From the NCBI GenBank assembly GCA_964552125.1, contig CAZKFJ010000003.1, positions 1 through 62,482 of the forward strand: 62,482 bases of DNA, read 5' to 3'. The translations under genes were made by a program, and so were the position numbers. The notes beneath the pieces were generated by a model. The model did no database searches, was not told where the DNA came from, and worked only from the letters and a program-made list of their open reading frames with translations. The DNA is from an uncultured Nitrosopumilales archaeon (GTDB taxonomy: Archaea; Thermoproteota; Nitrososphaeria; Nitrososphaerales; UBA57). Below are positions 21,528 through 30,717 of the stretch, one piece after another (within the stretch, counting starts at the first letter, position 1; every line of letters begins with the position of its first letter).

Positions 21528-22943
21528 TCACTCCGAGGTTTCATTGCTAAGATTACGATTAAGGACGCCATATTCGCCGTCATGACAGGCCATACATAGT
21601 TGATTGGGTTTTTTTCCAATGCCAGCTGCGAGATTCTCAACGGTATTATAACCAACAAAATCTGCATTAACAGATTTGCCGACTTTTTTATTTATTGTAT
21701 CTATATCAGAATTTTTACCAGATGTATTATATGCAATTAATTCTTCATGAGTAGGAAAATCTATTCCTGCACGACATGGATGTCGAATAGGAGGATATGT
21801 AACAAGAATCTTGACGCTTTTTGCTCCAGAGTTACGAAGTGTTTTAACAATAGCCTTGGAACTAATTCCACGAACAATACTATCGTCGATAACGATTACA
21901 TCTTTGCCATCGACTGCACTTTTTACGGGCATTATCCAACGATTAATCTTTAGTCTTTCTTTATATTTTGGTTGAATGAAGCTCCTCTGGCTTCCACGTT
22001 TTGCATATCTATCTTTCATTAATCCTTCCACCATAGGAATACCAGATTTTTCTGAGAATCCAAGAGCAGCAGGTCGTGCAGAATCAGGCACAGGAACTAC
22101 AACATCGGCATTGATGTCATACATTTCAGCAAGCATTTGACCTAATTTACGTCTACTTTCATAAACACTAGTTTGATCAATAACTGAACTGGGATGGGCA
22201 AAATAAATATATTCAAATGAACAATGAGCAGTTCTCTCTCCCCTGGAAAATGAATGCGATTCCAGGCCTTTGTTTGAGATTTTAATGATTTCACCAGGAT
22301 TGACATCACGTGTTAATTCAGCGCCGAGCATTGAGAAAGCGCAGCTTTCTGACGAAATAAGATAAGTCTTTGATTTTTTATGCCATCCAATACACAATGG
22401 TCGAAAGCCTCTTGTATCTCTGAATGCATAGATTTCATTATCAGGAGTTAAGATGACAAAACAGTATGCGCCAACTAATTCATCGCACAAAAGTTCAATA
22501 GATTTGAACCAATCGAAATTATTCGTCTTAAGAATTGACAATAATCTTTTACCTACTATGGATGTATCATTTATTCGTCTAGGTTTTTTGCCAGTAAGTT
22601 TTGTATTAACTGAATTAAGATCACAAACAGTTCCATTATGTGCTATACAAAATTTCTTATTGATGGAAAAAGGCTGAGCGTTAGAAAGTGATGTGCCACC
22701 GGCAGTTGAATATCTAACGTGTCCAATTGCAATATTACTTTTCATTTGTTGAAGAACTAAGGCAGATTGATCTAAATTATCAGTAACAAGTCCATTTTGT
22801 TTGAAGGGGTTCATGGTAGGTGTTGCAATCCCCCAAGCTTCTTGACCACGATGTTGTAGGCCACGCAATCCAATTGTTACTAGAGGAATGACATCAGTTT
22901 TAGAAGTGGAAAAGGCAGCAAATAAACCGCATTTCTCTTTCAT
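21528..22943 (-). CDS. purF: Amidophosphoribosyltransferase
   Basis: 471 aa with the Ntn catalytic Cys (MKEKCGLFA), a PRPP loop (VIVIDDSIVRG) and C-terminal Cys ligands. Confidence 0.93.
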   Translation of the reverse strand: MKEKCGLFAAFSTSKTDVIPLVTIGLRGLQHRGQEAWGIATPTMNPFKQNGLVTDNLDQSALVLQQMKSNIAIGHVRYSTAGGTSLSNAQPFSINKKFCIAHNGTVCDLNSVNTKLTGKKPRRINDTSIVGKRLLSILKTNNFDWFKSIELLCDELVGAYCFVILTPDNEIYAFRDTRGFRPLCIGWHKKSKTYLISSESCAFSMLGAELTRDVNPGEIIKISNKGLESHSFSRGERTAHCSFEYIYFAHPSSVIDQTSVYESRRKLGQMLAEMYDINADVVVPVPDSARPAALGFSEKSGIPMVEGLMKDRYAKRGSQRSFIQPKYKERLKINRWIMPVKSAVDGKDVIVIDDSIVRGISSKAIVKTLRNSGAKSVKILVTYPPIRHPCRAGIDFPTHEELIAYNTSGKNSDIDTINKKVGKSVNADFVGYNTVENLAAGIGKKPNQLCMACHDGEYGVLNRNLSNETSE

Positions 22944-25150
22944 ATTTGACCATCCATAAGTTTATTTAAACTTGCATAGACGTAGGATCGCATGTAATCA
23001 AGATCACAAGAAAAGAGAGTGTCGTCTTTATTGAAGACTTGTAGTTCATGACCGCCAATTGACCCTATTATGGAGACTGGAATATCATGATTTCGAGAGA
23101 TATTTATCAGATTATTGAAATTCTCTTTTTTGATAGTTGCGAGAAAACGTGAATGGGATTCGGAAAACAACAATTCATCCCATCGTTTACAATTAGATGG
23201 AATAGAAGAAAGGTCAATAGAAGCACCCATATCGCTAACAGTACACATCTGAAGTAAAGAATGTATTAGGCCGCCTTTTGAGCAATCATTAACCGCTCCA
23301 AATAATCCGACTTTAATTCCATCACGAACAAGTTTTTGAGCGCGTTTTTCAAGTTCAAAATTCAATTTTGGGGCAGTGCCAAGTTGTTCAAATCCTAGAG
23401 AAGAATAATATTCAGATCCGCCAAGCTCGTCAAATGTTTCGCCAACCACAACAATAAGAGGTCGAGAAGAATTGAATTTTCTTGTACGAAGGTTATGTTC
23501 ACCTTTTATCAATCCTGCTACAGAAATCACAGGACTTGGTTTAATCGCTTCATGTGTTTTAGCATCCTCGTTATAGAAACTTACTTTTCCTCCTACGCAA
23601 GGGATTCCAATATAAGAACAGAAATCAGAAATTGATTTTATTGTTTCGTTAAAAGTCCAAAAGACATCAGAATTGCTAGGATTGCCGAATTGTAAATGAT
23701 CCAACATAGCAATAGGTTCTGCGCCAACTGAAATTACATTACGCATAGCTTCTGCAACGACACCGGCAGAACCGTTATACGGATCAAGATAACAATGAGA
23801 AGGATTTCCATCTACTGAAATAGCAATAAATTTATCTGGAGCAATTCGAATAACGGATGATCCAGACTCCCCAGGTTTTACAATAGTATTAGTACCAACT
23901 TCATGATCATATTGTTGGAAAACCCATGATTTATTTGCAAGATTTGGGGATGAAAGAACTTTCAATATTGTTTCTTTAACATCAGCAGGTAACTCGGGTT
24001 TAGATGTAGAGCGACTGTCAAGATATTTCGGCTTGGTCTTAGGCCAATGAATCAACGGAGCGTTGGCAATGAGTTTAGTAGGTAAATCAACTATTACTTG
24101 ATTGTCACTAGTAATAACAACATGTTTTGTATCAGTAACTTTCCCGATTACAGAATATTGTAAACTATATTTATCAAAACATTGTGAAATAGTGTCAAGG
24201 TTGTCTGGATTTATTATGAACAGCATTCTTTCTTGAGATTCAGAGATAAGAACTTCATAAGGCTCCATACCCGATTCACGTAAATGAATTTTTTCAAGAT
24301 CTACTTCAACACCAGTTTGGCCCATATCGCTCACCTCAGACAGGCAACAAGCCAAACCGCCTCCTCCTAAATCTTTTAGTCCAGAAACAAGACCAGTACT
24401 TAGAGCGTCCATCGTGCCTTCAATAATTAATTTCTTAATGAAGGGATCGGGAATTTGAACGGCAGAACGATCAGTAGGAGTGCCTTCTAAATCTTTTGAA
24501 GCAAATGAAGAACCATGAATTCCATCTCTACCAGTACTGTTGCCCAATAATACTAGAATGTCGCCTACATTTTTTGCTTCGGAGAAAATTAATTGTTTCT
24601 TTTTTCCTACGCCGATAGATACCACGTCAACTAAACAATTAGTATCATAACAATTATCAAAAGAAAGTTCGCCTCCAATAGTAGGAATGCCAACACAATT
24701 TCCATAATCTGCAATTCCACGAACAACATTCTGCAGTAACCAGCGATTATTAGGATTAGTTAAATTACCGAATCTTAATGAATCAAGAACGGCAATAGGA
24801 CGGGTTCCGATAGAAAGAATATCTCGCAATACACCGCCAACTCCAGTAGCTGCACCTCCATAGGGATCAATAGCAGATGGATGATTATGACTTTCAATAT
24901 GCATAGTCAATACCTGACCATTATCTACATCCAATACACCAGCTTCATATCCAGGGCCAAATAAAACACGTTTGCCTTTAGTAGGAAGAAGTTTGAGAAG
25001 GGATTTGGAGGATTTGTAACTGCAATGTTCTGACCATTGTGCATCAATCATTGAAAGTTCAATTTTATTAGGTTTACGATTAAGAGATTTTTCAATATAT
25101 GCCAATTCATTATCAGTAAGAGAATGATCTACAAATTCAGTTTTGCTCAT
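22940..25150 (-). CDS. purL: FGAM synthase II (large subunit)
   Basis: 736 aa with PurL motifs (SHNHPS, GGAATGVGG). The ATG overlaps the stop of the upstream small ORF (ATGA). Confidence 0.93.
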   Translation of the reverse strand: MSKTEFVDHSLTDNELAYIEKSLNRKPNKIELSMIDAQWSEHCSYKSSKSLLKLLPTKGKRVLFGPGYEAGVLDVDNGQVLTMHIESHNHPSAIDPYGGAATGVGGVLRDILSIGTRPIAVLDSLRFGNLTNPNNRWLLQNVVRGIADYGNCVGIPTIGGELSFDNCYDTNCLVDVVSIGVGKKKQLIFSEAKNVGDILVLLGNSTGRDGIHGSSFASKDLEGTPTDRSAVQIPDPFIKKLIIEGTMDALSTGLVSGLKDLGGGGLACCLSEVSDMGQTGVEVDLEKIHLRESGMEPYEVLISESQERMLFIINPDNLDTISQCFDKYSLQYSVIGKVTDTKHVVITSDNQVIVDLPTKLIANAPLIHWPKTKPKYLDSRSTSKPELPADVKETILKVLSSPNLANKSWVFQQYDHEVGTNTIVKPGESGSSVIRIAPDKFIAISVDGNPSHCYLDPYNGSAGVVAEAMRNVISVGAEPIAMLDHLQFGNPSNSDVFWTFNETIKSISDFCSYIGIPCVGGKVSFYNEDAKTHEAIKPSPVISVAGLIKGEHNLRTRKFNSSRPLIVVVGETFDELGGSEYYSSLGFEQLGTAPKLNFELEKRAQKLVRDGIKVGLFGAVNDCSKGGLIHSLLQMCTVSDMGASIDLSSIPSNCKRWDELLFSESHSRFLATIKKENFNNLINISRNHDIPVSIIGSIGGHELQVFNKDDTLFSCDLDYMRSYVYASLNKLMDGQI

Positions 25151-25323
25151 GCTTTAAACACCTCATTTTTTATATTCTTTAGTTCAAGAGCTATCTGTTC
25201 CAAAGCCTCTGCAATCCTTATTTCATTGTTGTTACAAGATTCACAGAAATGTTCATGACGATGAATTATATTCTTACTTACTGAATCAATTAACTTACAT
25301 GATTCGCATGAATGGTCACTCAT
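25147..25323 (-). CDS. Untracked 58-aa CxxC...CxxC zinc-ribbon-like protein between purQ and purL
   Basis: Hand translation gives MSDHSCESCKLIDSVSKNIIHRHEHFCESCNNNEIRIAEALEQIALELKNIKNEVFKA*. Its ATG overlaps the purQ TGA (ATGA) and its TGA overlaps the purL ATG (ATGA). It falls below the 60-aa ORF-track cutoff. Confidence 0.65.
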   Translation of the reverse strand: MSDHSCESCKLIDSVSKNIIHRHEHFCESCNNNEIRIAEALEQIALELKNIKNEVFKA

Positions 25324-26033
25324 TCTTTCAACATAACCTCGAGAGACAGTATCATTGAGCGAAATATTCCAATGCCGTCATCAGAAGAATACGGGCTTAA
25401 CAAAGAATCCGATGCTCGTTCAGGATGAGGCATCATTCCAAGAACATTGCCATCGGAATTAGAAACAGCTGCAATATTAGATATTGAACCATTAGGGTTA
25501 TTATCCATAGAAGTATTGCCTTCAGAGTCAGAATATCTTAAAACGATTTGGTTATTTCGTTCAAGTTCCTGAAGTTTTTCTTCGCTAACGTAGTATCTTC
25601 CTTCATTATGAGCAATTGGCATTCTAATAATTGAATTAGATTGAAAAGAATTAGTGAAGAGGTTATTAGTTTCAACTTTGAGGTCAACCCATTTACAAAT
25701 AAATTTAAGATTAGAATTTGTCAACAAAGCTCCAGGAAGCAAACCAGACTCTACTAAGATTTGAAAACCATTACAAATGCCAATGATTGGTTTTCCTTTT
25801 AGAGAGAGTTTTTTGAGTTGTTTAATTATTGGACTGTATGCAGCTATAACCCCTGCACGCAGACGATCGCCATAGGAAAACCCTCCAGGTAGAACTATTG
25901 CATCATATTTTTCTAGGTCAGTAGTTTTTTCGTGCCAAATTAAAGTAGGTTCTACGTTAAGAAGTTCATTAAACACTCGATATGTATCGATGTCACAATT
26001 AGTTCCAGGAAATTGAATTATAGCAGTATTCAA
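25320..26033 (-). CDS. purQ: FGAM synthase I (glutaminase subunit)
   Basis: 237 aa class I amidotransferase with GICNGFQ (catalytic Cys) and MMPHPER. Confidence 0.92.
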   Translation of the reverse strand: MNTAIIQFPGTNCDIDTYRVFNELLNVEPTLIWHEKTTDLEKYDAIVLPGGFSYGDRLRAGVIAAYSPIIKQLKKLSLKGKPIIGICNGFQILVESGLLPGALLTNSNLKFICKWVDLKVETNNLFTNSFQSNSIIRMPIAHNEGRYYVSEEKLQELERNNQIVLRYSDSEGNTSMDNNPNGSISNIAAVSNSDGNVLGMMPHPERASDSLLSPYSSDDGIGIFRSMILSLEVMLKE

Positions 26034-26034
26034 G

Positions 26035-26316
26035 TCATTCAGTTCCTCGAACAGTACAAGAGCTTACTAAAGGATTGTAAAGTCTAAGTTCGTCACAAAT
26101 AATAAGCGCCTTATTTTTAGCGTCTTCCAAATTTTCGGCTTTAATGATTAATTGTATGACTTTAGACACACTAACTGAAGTAACATAATCAAAATTATTG
26201 CGCAATAACAAATCTTGTAGAATAGTTTCTCCTTCCGGATTACGAAGTTCGGGTTTGGGTGAAATTAATAAGTCAATTTTAAACTCAGAGACCGTTGCCA
26301 CTTTACCCCAATACAA
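26035..26316 (-). CDS. purS: FGAM synthase PurS subunit
   Basis: 93 aa (the start may be a little downstream). PurS-like KPELRNPEGETI, located directly upstream of purQ. Confidence 0.8.
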   Translation of the reverse strand: MYWGKVATVSEFKIDLLISPKPELRNPEGETILQDLLLRNNFDYVTSVSVSKVIQLIIKAENLEDAKNKALIICDELRLYNPLVSSCTVRGTE

Positions 26317-26356
26317 ATTGGGAATTAATATAATATATGTCTAATGGCAGAAACAA

Positions 26357-27196
26357 TCAAATTGTTAAAGAATAAATTTTTTGAATGTTATCTTTATCGC
26401 TAAAATTTTCATCTATTGGAGTTTCAAGAATTAATGGAAGATTTTTAATCAACGAATGTGTCACAATCTCCCGGAAACCATCTTCTCCTATGTATCCGTG
26501 GCCAATGTGCTGATGGCGATCCAATCCATTGCCTAATTCGCCTTTAGAATCATTCAAATGAACAACTTTCAAATGCTTTAGGCCTATAATTTTATCAAAA
26601 GTTTTGATAGTATCAAGGGCAGATTTACGTGAAGATAAATCATACCCTGCAGCAAAAGCATGGCATGTATCAAAACAAAATCCAATACGAGAGTTATCGT
26701 TAACATTGTCAAAAATATATTTTAATTCTTCAAATTTGGAGCCAACGTTATTTTTTGTTCCGGCTGTGTTTTCCAGGATTATCATAGTTTCATTAGAAGT
26801 ATTAGATAATGCAGTATTACAAGCCTTAACAACTCGTTCTAGTCCTTTTTCTAGACCCGTACCAAGATGACTTCCAATATGAGTAACGACATATTTGATT
26901 CCAAGTTGGTTACAACGATCTAGTTCTGAGCTCAGAGTCTTAATAGACATGGCATGAACGTCATCTTTAGGAGATGACAGATTAGGAAGATAAGGCATAT
27001 GACATACTGCAGCAGATATATTTTCAGATATTATTTTATTCTTGAAAGTTAAGATATCAGATTCTTTCAAATCAGAATATTTCCAACCTCGGGGATTACG
27101 AGTAAATATTTGAAATGCATTTAGATTAAGAGATCTAGCTCGATCTATTGATAAATCTATAGAACCTGCAATAGATACATGGACGCCGAGTTTCAT
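26357..27196 (-). CDS. nfo: Endonuclease IV (AP endonuclease)
   Basis: 279 aa TIM-barrel protein with an Nfo-like N-terminus MKLGVHVSIAGS and the metal-ligand context HLNDSK...DRHQHIG. Confidence 0.88.
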   Translation of the reverse strand: MKLGVHVSIAGSIDLSIDRARSLNLNAFQIFTRNPRGWKYSDLKESDILTFKNKIISENISAAVCHMPYLPNLSSPKDDVHAMSIKTLSSELDRCNQLGIKYVVTHIGSHLGTGLEKGLERVVKACNTALSNTSNETMIILENTAGTKNNVGSKFEELKYIFDNVNDNSRIGFCFDTCHAFAAGYDLSSRKSALDTIKTFDKIIGLKHLKVVHLNDSKGELGNGLDRHQHIGHGYIGEDGFREIVTHSLIKNLPLILETPIDENFSDKDNIQKIYSLTI

Positions 27197-27206
27197 TTAT
27201 ATTGTT

Positions 27207-27494
27207 TTATAATTTCATACCAAAACTTTCGGCGAAATCTGCGAAATCAGAATGAGAACGTAAATATTCAATTCCTTTGTGGCTTAAAACGTATCTTTGA
27301 TTATTGTCAACGGTAATTTGCTCAACAAGTCCAGAATCAACAAGACGTGTAACAATTTTTGTAGCGCGTCCATATGAGAGATTTGCTTTTTGAATTATTC
27401 TAGTAATGCCTAAACCGGATTGTCCTTCACTACCATCATTAATCGATGATAAGACATCCGCCACGATTTTAACTTGAGATCTATATACTGACAT
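27207..27494 (-). CDS. Small winged-helix DNA-binding protein (COG3432-like)
   Basis: 95 aa. The pattern ...ITRIIQKANLSYGRATKIVTRLVDSGLVE... is typical of small archaeal wHTH regulators. Overlaps the upstream membrane-protein gene by 14 nt. Confidence 0.65.
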   Translation of the reverse strand: MSVYRSQVKIVADVLSSINDGSEGQSGLGITRIIQKANLSYGRATKIVTRLVDSGLVEQITVDNNQRYVLSHKGIEYLRSHSDFADFAESFGMKL

Positions 27495-28188
27495 TACTTT
27501 CTTCTCCTTTGTATGTATTGAAACTACTTACTGGGGTATAAAGCATTACGAATCCAATTAATTTGACTAAAATAGAAGAAATCATTAACGGGCTTAGACC
27601 TGAATAAAAGAGAGCAAGCCATCTAATAAATTCACCGGCAGATAATGCAGCAAAACCAAGAAACATATACAGAATTGGGCGCTTTTTTGATTCAAGATAA
27701 GATAAAAGAGTCTCAAATGAGCCATAAAGTAGGAAAACAAATGAAATTGACTTTAGAATGGATAAGACAGAAACAGTTGTGAGAAAGCCGTATGCAACAG
27801 AAACTGCCGAAGCTTTTTGATAAGACTTTATTCCATGACCCAGAGCAAGAATGAAGTAACCCAATAGCTCAAAAGATGCGGCAATGATGAAGAATAAGGA
27901 TGTAAGAGCGATTGATATGCCAAGAAATTCTATTCGAAAACTAAATATCAGGTCAGATTGAAAAGTTAGCTCATAGAATACAGGAAATATATAGGTAAAG
28001 GCAGTTAAGAAGAATCCAATAGTCAGAGCAATGAAAGAAATTGTAAGTCTAAGTAATGTAGGGCTACGTGTATTTCTGTAACCTTCTCGTGAGATTCGCA
28101 TTACACGATAACCAATAAAGGATCCAATAAGATAAAGCAAACCTTCGATTAATTTATACTCCGAAAAGAGAAAGTATGACCCAAGCAC
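27481..28188 (-). CDS. Polytopic membrane protein, unknown function
   Basis: 235 aa with about 7 hydrophobic segments and no recognisable motif. Confidence 0.55.
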   Translation of the reverse strand: MLGSYFLFSEYKLIEGLLYLIGSFIGYRVMRISREGYRNTRSPTLLRLTISFIALTIGFFLTAFTYIFPVFYELTFQSDLIFSFRIEFLGISIALTSLFFIIAASFELLGYFILALGHGIKSYQKASAVSVAYGFLTTVSVLSILKSISFVFLLYGSFETLLSYLESKKRPILYMFLGFAALSAGEFIRWLALFYSGLSPLMISSILVKLIGFVMLYTPVSSFNTYKGEESNVSI

Positions 28189-28224
28189 AATAAGTAATAG
28201 GTAAGACGATTTATATATTTTAAA

Positions 28225-28470
28225 TCAACGAAATGAAGAATAAACAACGAATGCAAATAGACTAAGAATAATCAGCAATGGAGAAGTGATAAACGTGAAA
28301 TTATTGCTTTTATAAGCATAAATTATAAACCAAGGGATATTTTCTGGGGTAAAGAGGTTAAATCTTTTAACAATCTCGGGAAGTAAGACCAATAATAACC
28401 CAATTAATAAGAAAAAGTAACCAAGATTAGAAATGTTTCCAAAACTACTCAATAATCTATAACTAAACAT
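28225..28470 (-). CDS. Small membrane protein, unknown function
   Basis: 81 aa with 2-3 hydrophobic segments. Confidence 0.4.
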   Translation of the reverse strand: MFSYRLLSSFGNISNLGYFFLLIGLLLVLLPEIVKRFNLFTPENIPWFIIYAYKSNNFTFITSPLLIILSLFAFVVYSSFR

Positions 28471-28631
28471 TAATGAAATATATAATCTTTTGTGGACAAT
28501 TTACTGTTTTATATATAACAATAATACTTATCTATGAAGTTAAATCCTACATTTCTGTGAGTCAAAGAAGGGAAAACAACTGTTAAACAAGAAGTATATT
28601 ATAACAAGAGACAGTAACAGGGGGAAAAATT

Positions 28632-28937
28632 ATGGACGTATGTAATAAGTGTGGATTGCCAATGGACCTGTGTGTTTGTCAAGAGCTAGAAAAAGAAGAT
28701 TCAAGGATTATTGTACGATTAGAGATGAGAAGGTTTAGAAAGCCAACTACAATAATTGAAGGGCTGGCTTCAAAGAGTACAGACGTTTCAGAGATTGCAA
28801 AGAAATTAAAGAATACTTTAGCTTGTGGAGGTTCTGGAAAAGGCAAGCTAGTAATACTTCAGGGAGATCATAGAGATGTATTAAAAGCACATTTAGTAAA
28901 TCTAGGTTTTAGTGAGACTTCCATAGAGGTACAATAA
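28632..28937 (+). CDS. Translation initiation factor SUI1 (aIF-1)
   Basis: 101 aa with an N-terminal Cys knuckle (CNKCGLP..CVC) and a SUI1 core (RKPTTIIEGL ... LKNTLACGGS). Confidence 0.9.
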   Translation: MDVCNKCGLPMDLCVCQELEKEDSRIIVRLEMRRFRKPTTIIEGLASKSTDVSEIAKKLKNTLACGGSGKGKLVILQGDHRDVLKAHLVNLGFSETSIEVQ

Positions 28938-28943
28938 AAAAAG

Positions 28944-29153
28944 ATGTTTCAAAAGATAAAAGAAATCATAGATGAATTAATTCAAATAAATAAGTTAAAA
29001 ACACAAAATAATGTAAAAAATTCAAAAGTAAAGATATGTCCTTCCTGTACATCAAAATTAGAACCATTAAATGAGCAATTAGAATGGTTAATGCCACAAA
29101 AATATCTCTGTAAGAAATGTAACTATTTAGGAACAGCTTACTTTGAGCAATAA
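28944..29153 (+). CDS. Small zinc-ribbon protein, unknown function
   Basis: 69 aa with CPSC ... CKKC. Lies 6 nt after the SUI1 gene. Confidence 0.5.
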   Translation: MFQKIKEIIDELIQINKLKTQNNVKNSKVKICPSCTSKLEPLNEQLEWLMPQKYLCKKCNYLGTAYFEQ

Positions 29154-29182
29154 TTTAATAGAGGACTAAACATATTATCGAC

Positions 29183-29617
29183 ATGGCAAGACCAACCTGG
29201 GACGTGTATTTTATGGGAATTGCCCAACAAGTATCAAAACGATCAACTTGTGATAGAAAAAATGTTGGGGCAGTAATAGTTAGGGACAAAGTCATATTGT
29301 CAACAGGATATAATGGAAGTATACGAAGAGTAAAACACTGTGACGAGATAGGTCATCTTATGGAAAATGGTCATTGTGTAAGGACCGTACATGCAGAAGT
29401 GAATGCAGTAGCGCAGTCAGCTATGAACGGAACCGAAATAAAGAATTCTAGTATTTATCTTACAGCAAGTCCATGTTGGCCATGTTTCAAGGTAATTGTC
29501 AACAGTGGAATTAAGAAAATATATTTTGGAGAGTTTTACAGAGATGAGAAGATATTCAAATTTGCTCAAGAATCAGGTATAGAATTAATAGATATGAGTA
29601 AGAAAAATGAAGAATAA
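29183..29617 (+). CDS. dCMP (deoxycytidylate) deaminase
   Basis: 144 aa with zinc motifs HAEVNA and PCWPC of the CDA fold, and a ComEB/dCMP-deaminase-like N-terminus. Confidence 0.88.
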   Translation: MARPTWDVYFMGIAQQVSKRSTCDRKNVGAVIVRDKVILSTGYNGSIRRVKHCDEIGHLMENGHCVRTVHAEVNAVAQSAMNGTEIKNSSIYLTASPCWPCFKVIVNSGIKKIYFGEFYRDEKIFKFAQESGIELIDMSKKNEE

Positions 29618-29618
29618 T

Positions 29619-30548
29619 CTAAATTTGTAATGCAGATTTCAAGCCCTTATAGCGATTACGAATTGTAACTTCAGTTACGCCAGCAGCTTCTGCCACATCC
29701 TTCTGTGTTTTACTTTCTCCTTCCATTACACAGGCAACATATAATGCAGCTGCGGCAAGACCCATTGGGTCTTTACCAGCTGAAGTTCTAGTAGCTTCAG
29801 CTTTGTGTAGAATTATTAAAGCGCTTCTTTTAGTTTTTTCAGATAAACCAGCCTTACTAGCAATTCTAGAAACACATTTTGTAGGATCTACAACAGGCAT
29901 TCTCAAATCCATTTCACGGAGTAATAATCGGTAGCATCTTGCAATGTCTTTTTTCTTGATATTACATGCAGCGGCAACATCTTTCAATGTCCTAGGTGTT
30001 TCGGTATCACGACAAGCAGCATAAAGTGAAGCAGCAATAAGTGCAGAAATTGAACGACCTCGTACAAGACCTTTTTCAAGAGCTTTACGATAAATATAGG
30101 CCGCTTTTTCAATAACGGCGTCGCTAAGATTTAATTTGTCAGCTAATCGATCTAATTCACTGAATGCTTGTCTAAGATTACGATCAACAGGTTCATGAAC
30201 TTGACTTCGTCCATCCCAAGTACGCAATCTTTCAATTGCAGCTTTCATGGATGCAGGTAATGATCGACCAGCCGCATCACGGTCTTCAGCGCCAATAACA
30301 GTAGCTAATCCCATATCATGCATAGCGAGTGAAGATGGAACACCAGTTCGTGCTCGATCGTCTTTTTCTTCTTTAGAAAATGCTCTCCATTCAGGGCCTT
30401 CTTCTTCAATTTTATCTACAATAACATAACCACAGTTGCTACAATTCATTTCACCGCCAGATGAGTCTACGACAATTGGGCCTTTGCCACAACGCGTACA
30501 GCGATCTATTTTTGTGCTTTTCGGTAACGAACCTAATTCTTCTTTCAT
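29619..30548 (-). CDS. tfb: Transcription initiation factor IIB (TFB)
   Basis: 309 aa with an N-terminal Zn ribbon (CTRCGKG...CSNCG) and two cyclin repeats. Noticeably higher GC and codon bias than its neighbours. Confidence 0.95.
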   Translation of the reverse strand: MKEELGSLPKSTKIDRCTRCGKGPIVVDSSGGEMNCSNCGYVIVDKIEEEGPEWRAFSKEEKDDRARTGVPSSLAMHDMGLATVIGAEDRDAAGRSLPASMKAAIERLRTWDGRSQVHEPVDRNLRQAFSELDRLADKLNLSDAVIEKAAYIYRKALEKGLVRGRSISALIAASLYAACRDTETPRTLKDVAAACNIKKKDIARCYRLLLREMDLRMPVVDPTKCVSRIASKAGLSEKTKRSALIILHKAEATRTSAGKDPMGLAAAALYVACVMEGESKTQKDVAEAAGVTEVTIRNRYKGLKSALQI

Positions 30549-30717
30549 ATAATTTCACATTTTTTTTGTTTTTAATATTTAAGCATTTTTATACTTAATA
30601 CTTCCGGTTAGATGTAGATGTGATATTTAAACTTTAGTATATATACCGATTATGGTAACATAACATAATCAATAATAATAATATATTTAGAAGAATAGAT
30701 TATACGTTACACGTAAA

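Noticed and set aside
21528-21530. TGA between purF and purD as a recoded selenocysteine codon.
   Set aside because: No hairpin resembling an archaeal SECIS is evident. The position joins two independent enzymes rather than sitting at a redox active site. Non-canonical initiation or a base-call error are more economical explanations; these are kept as a finding.
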